From positions 23,418 through 87,417 of the IMG/VR virus record IMGVR_UViG_3300037312_000268: DNA of 64,000 bases. One strand, given 5' to 3'. The DNA comes from a virus. Its lineage: Duplodnaviria; Caudoviricetes. Of this stretch, positions 31,324-42,745 are shown one piece after another (positions within the stretch are counted from its first letter, which is position 1; each line of letters begins with the position of its first letter). The notes under the pieces are model-generated. The model was not told the origin of the DNA and did no database searches. It was given only the letters and a program-made list of their open reading frames with translations. The translations under genes were made by a program, and so were the position numbers.

Positions 31324-31962
31324 ATGAAGGATTGTTCCACTAGTGTGAAACGTGTTAAAGTGGTAAAAGCTGAAAAGAACTCCTATTGGTATGCATCGGA
31401 AATCGGAAAGTGCTTCGATGTTGTGGAGATCAACAAATATGGTAGTCAGTACAAGGTTGTTGATAAGGATAAGTATTTTGCGGAGGGAGATGCGGTAGTT
31501 GTTTCTGAGCCACCTAACTTCCCATTCAAGGTGAGGTGTATTAATAATAGCGGCGCAGAAGAAGAACTTTGTGTCGGACATGTGTATGAAGTTTTAAGCA
31601 ATTACTCTATGAACAATTACGTCCTTAAAGGTGTAAGATCATGCTATCACCAAGATCGTTTTGAGATTGTCGAGGAAAACGTTGTGCAAGAGTCAAAGGG
31701 TGCACCTGTACAGAACAAATACATGAGGGAGGTTAAAAAGGGAGTCTGGATAGATGTATATGACGTACTCCGTGCATGGGAGGTGACTGACCCTTGCCTT
31801 CAGCACTTGCTCAAGAAAGCTCTCCAACCCGGCAAGCGTCATCACAAAGACCTTGGCGAAGATTTGAAAGACATTCTTGCAAGTGCGAAGCGGGCTGTAG
31901 AAATGTTTGAAGAGTGGAATCAGGAACCATTTCCGAAGAATGCTTTCGACAAGATTGAGTGA
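31324..31962 (+). CDS. Phage protein with C-terminal DUF3310-like helical domain
   Basis: IDVYDVL...LQHLLKKAL.PGKR.HKD...DL pattern. Confidence 0.65.
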   Translation: MKDCSTSVKRVKVVKAEKNSYWYASEIGKCFDVVEINKYGSQYKVVDKDKYFAEGDAVVVSEPPNFPFKVRCINNSGAEEELCVGHVYEVLSNYSMNNYVLKGVRSCYHQDRFEIVEENVVQESKGAPVQNKYMREVKKGVWIDVYDVLRAWEVTDPCLQHLLKKALQPGKRHHKDLGEDLKDILASAKRAVEMFEEWNQEPFPKNAFDKIE

Positions 31963-32702
31963 CCATCCATTTCATTTCCAAACTGTAGAAACGAATAGAA
32001 CCAAAAATTAGTGCCTGAATGGCGATCATCGAGGCACTGGGATCAACGAGGGTATGTCTAGGATTTCCAGATTTTTGTGAAGTCCTAGCCCTCTTATCAA
32101 TTCACGCTCCTCAAAAACACGTTCTAGAAAACGTGCCCAGCATCGACGATGCTCTCCCTCCAGGCAAAGCTTCGCCATTCAGCCCTGTTAAGGCCGTCAT
32201 TACGATTCTTTTGACGTAGCAATCCCCTTACCCGTTGTTACACAGGTTGTTTCGATGCCGTCAGGTAAAACGCTCCCTACCCTCAGCTATGAGGGATTCT
32301 CTCTACCTGTCATCCTACGCCTGTCTTTTAACGCACTCCCTATCAATTCTGATAGGTTCTCCTCTGCACCTTAGCGTTAGTCAACGTACATAAGATAACC
32401 GGCGCAAGAATTACAATCACGTTACGCCCTTTATTGCAGAATGTACACAAAATGTTGTGATTATTTGGTGAGAATTGTAGGCGGACGCTGACAAGTGCAC
32501 TTACAACAACTGTTTATGCATACAGCAAGCTTGTGAAAAATCACGCTTACCACGTTACGGAACAGAAATCTAGGGGTATATGAAAATTTATGTTGACTCT
32601 GTGTTTTATATGCCTTATGCTTCACTCATCGACGGGCAAGACAGAGAAGGAAAGCAAGGCTGTCGAGGCAGTTAAAGCTGCGAAACCTGTAAGCAGAACA
32701 CA

Positions 32703-32731
32703 ATACGTAAGTAACGTGATACGTAAGTAAC
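32703..32731 (+). repeat. 13 bp direct repeat pair ATACGTAAGTAAC
   Basis: 32703-32715 and 32719-32731, upstream of 32763. Confidence 0.8.
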
Positions 32732-32762
32732 ACTACTTAACTACATATATAGGAGTATCACC

Positions 32763-33410
32763 ATGAAACAAGTTATCGCTCGCATCTATCCCCTCACGAA
32801 CACTCCAGTGATCTTCGACGTGGACTCCCGCGCAGAGGGTAACGGACGCCTCAAAGCGTTCATGAACGGCAAGGATGTTGAAGTGGGCTATGATTTCTAT
32901 ATGCACACGGAGCATCTTCCTGCTGATCAAGCCCTTCAAGTGGCACAGGCATACGCTAAGCATATCAACCTTCCTGAACATGATATCTTGGTTCGTCAAC
33001 GCTTCCCCAAGACGAAGCCCCTGCCGCGTAAGCTGAACGATGCCAACCTTGTACTTGTGCAGAAAGACGAACAAAAGAAGGGTCAGCCGGAATCTCTGCA
33101 ACAGCTTGCGCAAGAAATGCATGACAAGGAAACAAAAAAGCCAGAACAGAAAGCCTCTGCTGACAAGCCTGAAGGCGCTGTTGTAAAGCGTTCGGCAGAA
33201 GAAAAGAAGCGAGCATATAACAAAAAGACAAACAAGCGCTCTGAAGCTGCAATGAAGCGTTATCTCGCCGAGCTTGGTCAAGTGGCTGCTGAGTCGCCCA
33301 CGTTGCTTCAACCTGTTGTGCCGGGTCCGGGTGTGACGCAAGCTGAGATTGATGATGCCACGATGCAACTCGCAATCAAACTTGCAAAGCTGTTGAAGAA
33401 CGTAATGTAG
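32763..33410 (+). CDS. Hypothetical protein (probable early gene)
   Basis: 215 aa, AGGAG RBS, promoter TTGACT-17-TATGCT near 32594. Confidence 0.8.
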   Translation: MKQVIARIYPLTNTPVIFDVDSRAEGNGRLKAFMNGKDVEVGYDFYMHTEHLPADQALQVAQAYAKHINLPEHDILVRQRFPKTKPLPRKLNDANLVLVQKDEQKKGQPESLQQLAQEMHDKETKKPEQKASADKPEGAVVKRSAEEKKRAYNKKTNKRSEAAMKRYLAELGQVAAESPTLLQPVVPGPGVTQAEIDDATMQLAIKLAKLLKNVM

Positions 33411-33439
33411 GAATTATCCCTCCTCGTGAAGCACCTTTG

Positions 33440-33468
33440 CCCCAGCCTCGTGCTGGGGTTTTTCTTTT
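33440..33468 (+). terminator. Rho-independent terminator
   Basis: CCCCAGC-CTCGT-GCTGGGG then T-tract. Confidence 0.85.
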
Positions 33469-33549
33469 GTACGACAGATTTGTGTTGACAGCCATAAGAA
33501 TCTTAGGATACACTAGAAACACCTTAACAAATTTAAGAGGAGGAACAAC

Positions 33550-34584
33550 ATGACTGAACGTGCAATGGCGTCTATCCGCCGCATCTCTGAAATCCGCAAC
33601 CATCCAAACGCTGACAAACTCGACATCGCCATCATCGACGGATGGCAACTTGTGACAGCAAAAGACAACGGCTTCAAAGCTGGCGATATCGTGGTCTACT
33701 GTGAGATTGATTCGTGGATTCCTAGCGAGGTTGCCCCATTCCTGTCGAAAGGAAAAGAACCGCGCGAGTACAACGGTGTGAAGGGTGAACGCCTGAAATC
33801 CATCAAGCTTCGTGGAGAACTTAGTCAAGGGTTGATTCTTCCGTTGAACATTTTAGAGGCTATTCCTGAATATCCCACAGTTTACACGGAAGGGAAAGAT
33901 GTCTCAAACGCTTTGCGCATCCAAAAATGGGAACGCCCAATGAATCCACAGCTTGCAGGACAAGCCAAGGGATATTTCCCGTCGTTCCTGCGCAAGACGG
34001 ATCAAGAGCGTATCCAGAACGAATTTAAACGTATGAAAGCAGAACACTTCGCTGACACGTATGAAGTAACGCTTAAGCTTGACGGCTCCAGCATGACCGT
34101 GTATTACAACAATGGCGAATTTGGTGTATGCTCTCGTAATCTGGAATTGAAGATTAATGAAGAAAATGCAGGCAATGCATTCATCAAAAAGGCTGTTGAA
34201 CTTGGCTTGGAAGAAAAGCTTCGTGCTTATGGAAAGAACATTGCCATTCAAGGAGAGTTGTGGGGGAATGGTATCAACGGCAATCATGAGGGAATTTCAC
34301 ACCATGAGTTCTCTGTGTTTGATATCTTTGATATTGATGAACAGCGTTATCTTGGTGCGGAGGTTCGTCATGGCATCTGCCACAGACTTGGCCTACAACA
34401 CACGCCTGTGATTGAAGGTATTGACTTGCGGAATTTCAAATCTGTGCAAGACTTCCTTGCTTATGCAGAACGCCCAAGCATCAATAATAAGATTGCAGAA
34501 GGTGTTGTCTTTAAGAGCATGAGCAATCCTGAGTATTCGTTTAAATGCATTAACAATCAGTATTTACTGGAGGGCGGAGAATAA
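33550..34584 (+). CDS. RNA ligase (Rnl2-like/DRB0094 family) with N-terminal OB domain
   Basis: HPNADKL, KLDGSS motif I, QGELWG, EGVVFKS, FKCINNQYLL. Confidence 0.9.
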   Translation: MTERAMASIRRISEIRNHPNADKLDIAIIDGWQLVTAKDNGFKAGDIVVYCEIDSWIPSEVAPFLSKGKEPREYNGVKGERLKSIKLRGELSQGLILPLNILEAIPEYPTVYTEGKDVSNALRIQKWERPMNPQLAGQAKGYFPSFLRKTDQERIQNEFKRMKAEHFADTYEVTLKLDGSSMTVYYNNGEFGVCSRNLELKINEENAGNAFIKKAVELGLEEKLRAYGKNIAIQGELWGNGINGNHEGISHHEFSVFDIFDIDEQRYLGAEVRHGICHRLGLQHTPVIEGIDLRNFKSVQDFLAYAERPSINNKIAEGVVFKSMSNPEYSFKCINNQYLLEGGE

Positions 34585-34585
34585 C

Positions 34586-35413
34586 ATGATCATTGACAAG
34601 CTGAACATGGATATTATGAATATTCCGTGCAATATCCCAGCAGGAGCTACAAACCATGCTGTAAAAACTGCATACAAGTTAGGTCATCGTGACGCTCGAC
34701 ACGCTGCTGTGGAAGTGGTGTTGGAGCATAACAAGGCCAGCGGGAGCGGCTGTTCCGTCGCTGCCGGGGCGATCCGCGACCAGATCACGGCGGACGCAAA
34801 TTGCATCCTGCACCTGCTGGACACCGTGGACAAGCTGGTGGGCGGCGCGAGCGGCGCCATGCCCCAAGCTAAGACAAAATAACCATCTTTCACATTGACT
34901 AACAGCCATTTCCAAGATAACATGTTTGCATATAAACAAACAAAGGAAATCGGAATGGCTGAAATGTCTATGTACGAAATCACAATTCTCAGTGCGACAG
35001 ATATAGAGTTGTATGCTTACATCAAACACTTCTCTCTCGATAAAGATTGGCCTTTAGAAATCATGCACAACGGAGTAAAATACACGTACGAGGTTTATTG
35101 GACCCTTCCTACCGAAATGGGAAGTGGATACGTGCAAGCTGCTCGCTATCTTAATGAGGAATGAATGAACACAATTAAACATTTCGCATACACACTCATC
35201 ACCCTTGTCGTGTTTGCTTTCGGATTGACATTCTTAAACCAATCAACGGAGCTTAACAATGCTGCTGTTGTGATGTCTCTTTCAGTTATTACGTTTGCAG
35301 GTTATTTATCGTACGAACTCATCACAACTGAAGATTATAAAATGGTGCCATTTCTTGTATTTGGTGCTGTGATTGCTACTTTGTTTGCTGCAATGTATCG
35401 CTACGGAGGCTGA
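34586..35413 (+). CDS. Three small genes (34586-34882 with GC-rich 3' half; 34895/34919-35164; membrane protein 35165-35413)
   Basis: ORF track. Confidence 0.6.
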
Positions 35414-35551
35414 TGTGAAGAAAACATTCATTGCTGTAGGATTGGCTATTGTGTCAACACTGATGTTTATGGATTGGGCCAATTACGAGCACCACTTGAA
35501 AGAAAAGAGAGAAGCAATTTTGGCGGGAACGTATGATGGGAAATAATGTTT

Positions 35552-35580
35552 AGAGGGCCGCATGGCCCTCTTTTCATTTT
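35552..35580 (+). terminator. Rho-independent terminator
   Basis: AGAGGGCC-GCAT-GGCCCTCT then T-rich. Confidence 0.8.
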
Positions 35581-35958
35581 GGAATCTGAAACGTGTTCAT
35601 ATTCAGAATTTCGTTGATGACTCAGGATCACAACACCCCTGCGATCAACGAGGCCATATAAGATTTTCTGTGTAAATTTAGTCCGGTGCAGGATTTTCTG
35701 AGATTGTGTAAAGATTTCTTAGGTCGATGCTGAAAGGTAGTGTGTTTCTCTAAGATGCTTATCGTGATAACGGACATCGTGATAAGGATTGTCTTCATAT
35801 CGATTGCAGGTTCAACGCCACAGGTACAATGCTATATAGAGAACGTCTAAATCCTCGTGTTTGGTGCTTATGTGGGCTTGTCGGACTAAAAGTGCTTGAC
35901 ACGCTTTTTGTTCTGGTCTAAGATGTACTCATTGCAGCGAAAACCAACGGAGAACATC

Positions 35959-38900
35959 ATGATTGTCAAAGAATTGAGCTACGCATACCCTTCTAGTACG
36001 ATGGCTAAAAAGCTTGGCTTTGCTCGTACAGGTTGCTACTTCGTGACCACTGGTGAAGAGGATGCAGATTACGATATGCGTAAAGTTGTGCAAGGATTTG
36101 ACAAGAAAGAAGATGCGCAAAAATGCATGGACGATATCAATTTTCCTATTGGTTTCTACAGCATAAAATAAAGCTTGACAGCTTCCAGATAAACAAGCAT
36201 ACTAAGCACATCAACAAACATTTAGGAGCAAACCAAATGAACGCACAAGAGAAAGATAACGCATATACGCAAGCTGTTGCACAAGCTAACAGCATCACTG
36301 CAATGGTAGCAGCGCTGGAAGTTGATTATGATCGTCTGGAAGAATTGAAAGATGAGCTTGAAAGTGCTTGCGAAGATCAGGCAGAGGGAAACAGTTTTGA
36401 CGTTTGGGTGGTGAATCAGGCTAACGACGATCAGGCAATGTTCCATGATGCAGCTATTGAATATCATGATTTAGTGGAAGCAGCAAATGGCAACGAATGT
36501 GAAGACGGAGCACGCGAAGCTATCCAGAATGATGCTCTTGACGTGCAAGTGCGCTCCGACTGGCATGCACCGGGTGGTGACAACAAGCCTAGCGAATTTC
36601 AGATTCTGCTGTGCACTGGCGGCCCTGCCGTGCGAATCATTGGCGAACTGGACAATTATAGCGAACCGTGCCGCGCTTGGATCGAATATCAAGATTGGTT
36701 TCAACCGTGGCAAGAGGCTGTCGGTGTTATTGAGCAAGATGTTTTGCTGACGTATTGCCGACAATTCTGGTTTGGGGAGTGATTATGAGTCTTTCTTACC
36801 GACCAGACTTTAAAGCTATCGCTGAGTGCATGGAGGAAGAAATTGCACAAGCCACAGAACGGGCCGCACATAAATATTTAGAAATATTCAGGCAAATGTT
36901 AGGGAAGTACAATTTCAGCCGTCATAAAATAACTCTCTTCTGTGCAATGGGTGTAAGTAATGTGATGGTAGATGACAAATTCTTGCATGAGCGCCCTAAT
37001 TGGAAAGAGAATGCACCGTATAAGCTATTACAAGAAATTGAGGAGTGCATGGACTGGGATTGGGCATATCATCTTGACGGTAAAAGTTTGAATTAAGGAA
37101 TAACATCATGGCTGAAATCATTGGAAACTATCGCGTTTATTCGTCAAACTCCTCACGCAATCAGCGCCCTAGCGTAACTGTCCGTCGTGACGATGGGGCA
37201 ATCGTGGCAAGGATTTATTCTGAAAAGAGTCAACCTTTGCGCTTCCTTCGCAATTGGATTAACTGCACTGAACGCTTGGAGCTAGTGGACCAGCTACGCG
37301 GCAATGGCGTTCCACCGGGCATTATCAAGGAAATCATCTCTGTGAAGGATTGACGATATGCTAACCATCAAATGGCGTTACGAGTCGGACAACTGGCACG
37401 AATACATAACAGAAGATAGTGCCATTGCTGGACAAATTTTCCGCTTGAAGGTGTTGGAACCGAAAATTATGGAAGTGAATCTTTGCAGAGACGATGTTCT
37501 AATCATCCGGTATGTGAAAGAAGATGAGGAAGATTAAAAATGCGACCAATAAAAACTAAATACTACCAAGGGAAACGTTATCACGATCCCGTACAAGTTA
37601 ATAGCGCAAGTGATGCGAATTGGGCTGTTGCTAAATGTGTTGCCCATATGCAAGTGAATCATTATGGAGCAACGAGCGCTGAAGTGTACGACGACAATAC
37701 AGGCGAATTGCACGCTATCGTTACACGAAGCATTAACGGGCGAATTCAGATTGAATACAGGCGTGATCCTGTTAAGTTTGAGACGAGATTAGCTATTGGC
37801 GCATTGTTTGGAAAGGGGAAATGAAATGCCTATGTCATATTGGGAAGGTTATAAGGCGTTCCAAAATGGTAAACCCTATGAAAGTTGCCCTTATCCGTTT
37901 GTTGACGAAGAAGAAAGCGATCATAAATGGTGGGTTAGCGGATGGTATGATGCGAGGAGTGACAGCAAATGAACAAACAACAAGCCCACGAATTGAAGCT
38001 CAAGATGGCCCTGTTCGCTGAAGCGACCGCAATGCTTGCTTTGCTAAAAGATAAAGAGCAATCTAAATGGGATTTAGCTCTGTCAGCACGAGACAGAGCA
38101 CGAGAGGAACTATATACGTTTATTGATGAATTGACGGAGGAATAAATGAGCTACACAAAAGAAGAATGGAAAGTTGAAGGCACAACGGTTTATGCCGAGT
38201 GCCCTAGTAACGCCAATCAGTGCCGTTTTTGGGCAGAGTGTTATTCATCAACGGATGCTACAAAAGAGGAATTGGTTGCAAATGCGCGTTTAATGGCAGC
38301 ATCGCCGTTATTGTTGGAAGCTTTGCAAGCAGTAACACAAACTCTTTCATGGCAATACTTCGGAGAGTGTAGAGGTTTTGACGAAGGGTTGCTTGCACCA
38401 AAGGATGCAGTAGATAAAGCACTAGCAGCAATCAAGAAAGCTTTGGGAGAATGAAATGAACAAGCCACATAAACACAAAAGTTTGATTGTTGCATGGTCT
38501 GACGGTGCTATCATCCAATACTGGAACACATATGCCACTGTCCCACATTGGGTGGACGTTGTAGACAATAAGCCTGAATGGGATGAAGGCACAGAATACC
38601 GCATCAAGCCAGAAAAGGAATATCCGAAAAGCACTCTTGATTATGACGATTTGTGCAAGCTTGTGAATCGTGCTGCACAAGAACACCGAAAAGAGGGGAC
38701 ACATCAAGGTATTCAAACTTTCATAGCTAGGATTGTTGCTGATGCTGCGGTTAAGCGTTACATTCAGGAGAACGAAAAATGACTTGGATTCTTTTTGTTT
38801 GGATTATCGGCTACCACGACAACCAATCACAAATCACACAAGAATTTGTCAGCAAAGAGCGTTGCGTATCTGCTGCTGATGAATGGCGTAAAAGGGTAGA

Positions 38901-41900
38901 TAACACTAGATCATATAGTGATTTTCAAGTCAGGGTGTTGTGTGTTCCTAAATGAGGAGAATCAGTAATGAGCCGAGACATATACACAAGAGTGTGCAAT
39001 GGTGAGCTAATCAACGATGTCGACCTTGCACAAGCAATCAAGGACTACAAAGCCGCAGAGGCAGCATTGTTTAAGCTTGGTCCTTCGTTTGAGATTGCAC
39101 GGAAAGCTGTGACGATGACATTGATTACCCTTGAAGGGTTTGAACAAGCTAGGCGTAAGATGTAAATAGTGCTTGACTTGCTTGTATAAGGCACTGTACA
39201 CTAGCTCTACAGTCTCGCCAGAGACACACAATGAACGAAGGAAGGAAACTATGAACATCACTTGCACAAACAGAGAGTTGACATACGCCCAAATCCGGCA
39301 TATCGTGTTGGAAGAGGCAGCGCAAGCTATCCTTGACGATACTGTTGTTGTACAAGGTGAGGAATGTTACAGAATGAATGCACAGTATTTCGCAAACAAA
39401 CTTCGTCAAATGCGCCATGAGGGGACAAAATGAAAACGCTTAAAGCTATCGTTGCACATATGTTTGAAAGCCCGTGGACCTACAGCGACCATTGTAATGT
39501 CCGCACAAACAAAGTTACAGGTAAAGTGGAATACTGGCACGTCGATCCGTGGGGAGGCTGGTATGATGATGAGCCACAGTTTGCGGGGTGAGAAATGAAC
39601 AACACTAACAGAATCTACAGCACAGAAAACAATTATCTCTGTTGTCTTGTCAAAAGCGCATGGGGATATGACATTGTATTCCCTCCGGAAGAGACGCTTA
39701 AAAGCAAACATGTTAAACGTCTGGACGATGCTTATTGGTGGCTTGATTATTACTTTGGCTTGGGTGAATGGGTGCTGAAATGAACAAACAAGAGTTATCT
39801 ATTCTTGAACGTGCTTTCATTCTTGAAATTGAGTCAGCGCTCAACAAAGGGCCGTACCTGTTGCAGACAAAGAGTAAGGTAGCGGCTGCATTGGCTCAGG
39901 AAGGCTATCTAGAGGCCACGCAGGAGGTTTTCAAGGGCGTTGTGTTGAAAGGGTACAGGTTGACACATCTTGGGCGTATGACGTATTGTGAGACGTGCGA
40001 GGGGGAGTGATGGCCCGTAGCTCTTGGAATTCATGGCTGCTAACGTTTGAGCTAGGCGAAAGACGCTACGTTGACACAACGTTAGAACGCTACGCATCGG
40101 ACATGAGGACAATCAACACCCCAAAGAGTAGACGGCCTGATATCATGATTGGCCTAGAGTTTGAGACAACGTTGTTTACTGCCGTCTCTGCGAGCAAAGC
40201 GGGTGATGTAAGGTATTTAATTGCGGTGGAAAGGGTGGCTTAACATGGGATACCTAGTACAAGGATTCAACATAGATACACAACAGTGGGAAAGCTTGCC
40301 ATATCAGACGGAAGACTTTCAAACACATTATGTGTGGCCTGTTGAACATATGGCAATTGAAGGAATGAAAACGTAAGCTCAACTTTGGCCGGGGGAATAC
40401 CGTGTGATTCCGGCAAACAAATCTTGACATGCACCAGCACACAGCTTTTGTTCATGTGACGCATCACGAGAATAAATCTTAGAATGTGCTTGACATGCTT
40501 GTTTGTCTTTGCTATAGTTCTTACATCAGCAGCGCAAACACACTAAGGAGCTAAAAAAATGTTACTCTCTAAAATCGAAGTCACCGTTGATCGCTTCACC
40601 AAAATGTTCAACAATGGCTTGCTTGACCTGAACGGTGGTAAAGCTGTCTCGTGGTGGATTGGTCAAGATGGTAACTTTTGGGTGGAACACTACTTTCCTA
40701 GCACGTATCAGCGCCTTGCAAACCCTTCCTACAAGGTGAAACAATGAACTTTAACTGGAATCAAATGCCGTTCAAGCATTACCCCGGTGTTCGGTCGCTG
40801 GGGTTTTCCTTGCAACAGCTAGACAATGCATACGCACAAGGAAGCATCACAGAACGTGAATACCGCTGGCCGTGTTGTTCCGAAAGGGGCAGCACGGCTT
40901 TTGTTTGTGTGGGGCAATGTTAGGGGATAATGCTGTATTAGCTGCGCAGCTAATATAAAATAGTGCTTGCAATGCTTTCTTAAGTGCGCTATGATTCTTC
41001 TGTCGCTTCACTAAGAAGACATGGCAGCACAACACAACAGGAGAAGATTATGTTCAAAGTCAAGACAAACTATTCTGCGACCGGAGAACGTGGCGGATAT
41101 GTTCTGCAATGGCAAGGCCCAAACAAACCAACACACATTGTTGGAAATAACAACACTTGCTGCTGGTACAAGTATAAGCACGAGGCAGAGAAAGCTTGCG
41201 GAGAGCAGAACAGAGCATTAATTGAAAAGCTTAGCATGTCTGAATTAGAGGAACATTTCATTAGCTCGCTGTCTGACAATCAATGGAAATTTCTGCTTGG
41301 AGTTGAAGCTTGACAACCCTTGAGGATTTGCTAAACAATTTCAGACATGCGGCGCTAGACGCTAATGCTTGCGGGAATGACTTTGGTACAGGACAAGCAT
41401 TAGCTGATGCGGAAGATGCTATATTAAAATTATTTAAAACTGAGGTGGGTGTCATGAATATTAAAGTTGAAGCTATACAACAACACGTTGATATCGCCAT
41501 TGACAACAACGGGGAAGGTGCCACATGGAAAAGTTTTAGTTTGTTCCTGAACGAAGATCAAGCTAAAGACCTTATGCAGCAGTTAAGCGAAGCAGTCGTT
41601 AAAGTGGCAGAATACAAGGGTAGAGGTACGGGCGATACTATCTATGGTGAGGTACACGAGTAATGACTATTCATGTAGACAGGTGCCAAGACATGATAGA
41701 GGTAATCGCAAGAGATGCACTGAGAGGTGAAATCAGCTTGCTACTTACTGTCGATGATCTGACGAGCTTGATTGATGATTTGCAGAATGCTCGTTATGCT
41801 GCTTTGAAGTGGCTTTCTGATAGAGATAAGCGGAACAATCATAATGTGCAAGGGTGGGAGGTGTGATGCAAATATTTATAACTCGGCTAGACCTGATGAT

Positions 41901-42507
41901 ACAATATTGCAGGTTCAAGCCTAACACGAAAGTAAAGATAGCTTGCAATAGTGGGGAACAACTAAGCCAGATGGCAGATGTCATGCACACAAAGCTTGAG
42001 CAAGGCGATAAATTCTCCTGGGCAGAGGGTTATATAAGGTTTGCTAATGGAAGCAAGATTGAATGCGCTATCGGTGGCAACGGGTTATCGTGCGAGTCAA
42101 TGTGGTTCGATGAGGCCGTATCATGAAATACTCTAAACTTAAAGTGGGGCAGGCTTTCCAGTTTGAGCCTAACGGTGCTGTGTTCGTTCGTTGCCGTGGT
42201 GGGTATCGCTTGGGCACTGGAGGACGGCTGTTTATTGCTAGAGGAACTGAGGAAGTGTTTCTGTGGGGGCTGTGACATGTACAGCAAAAAGAACCTACAG
42301 AAGCGCAGGGACATCGTTGCTCAGCTAAGGCAAGAGTTTCCCGATGATATGCTGCGCAAGATGACGTATGAGGAACGCTATAACGTCAGGATGGTGAGGG
42401 CTGAGCAGCTATGCAAAGAGGCCAGGAAGCAGGGATATAGGCTGTCTAGGAGTCAAGGTAGTCATGACTTCAATGCGGCGCTTACTGTGGTGTTTGAAAG
42501 TGACTGA
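35959..42507 (+). CDS. Run of about 20 small early/host-takeover hypothetical genes
   Basis: Dense plus-strand ORFs with RBS and overlapping ends, e.g. 38146-38454 (ANARLMAASP family), 38456-38782. Confidence 0.65.
36237..36782 (+). CDS. Conserved phage hypothetical protein
   Basis: ILLCTGGPAVRIIGEL...YQDWFQPW. Confidence 0.75.
   Translation: MNAQEKDNAYTQAVAQANSITAMVAALEVDYDRLEELKDELESACEDQAEGNSFDVWVVNQANDDQAMFHDAAIEYHDLVEAANGNECEDGAREAIQNDALDVQVRSDWHAPGGDNKPSEFQILLCTGGPAVRIIGELDNYSEPCRAWIEYQDWFQPWQEAVGVIEQDVLLTYCRQFWFGE
37826..37972 (+). CDS. RMF/CrpP-fold-like protein, copy 2 (missed by ORF track)
   Basis: MPMSYWEGYKAFQNGKPYESCPY...WWVSGWYDARSDSK*; ATGA-coupled to the next gene 37969-38145. 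Confidence 0.7.
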   Translation: MPMSYWEGYKAFQNGKPYESCPYPFVDEEESDHKWWVSGWYDARSDSK

Positions 42508-42745
42508 GGATGGACAGCTAAGGGGGTGTAAGGACTATAACAAAATTCTTATAATTGGTATTACTACAACCTACTGTTCAGACTGCACGACAGGTGCTAC
42601 AATGTGTTCATTAAGTAGTGCGGGGAGTGAGTCAAAACGGCTGAAAGCCAGTATCCATGCGGGTTCTGGCTGTTTTTCGTTGGATTCTTGTGCTATTATA
42701 CGGAGAGATTCTAGTATGCTGTGAGAGACTGTAGGGAGATGAGCA

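Noticed and set aside
37821-38021. ORF-track call MKCLCHIG...
   Set aside because: It overlaps two better ORFs (37826-37972 RMF-like; 37969-38145) that tile with coupled ends.
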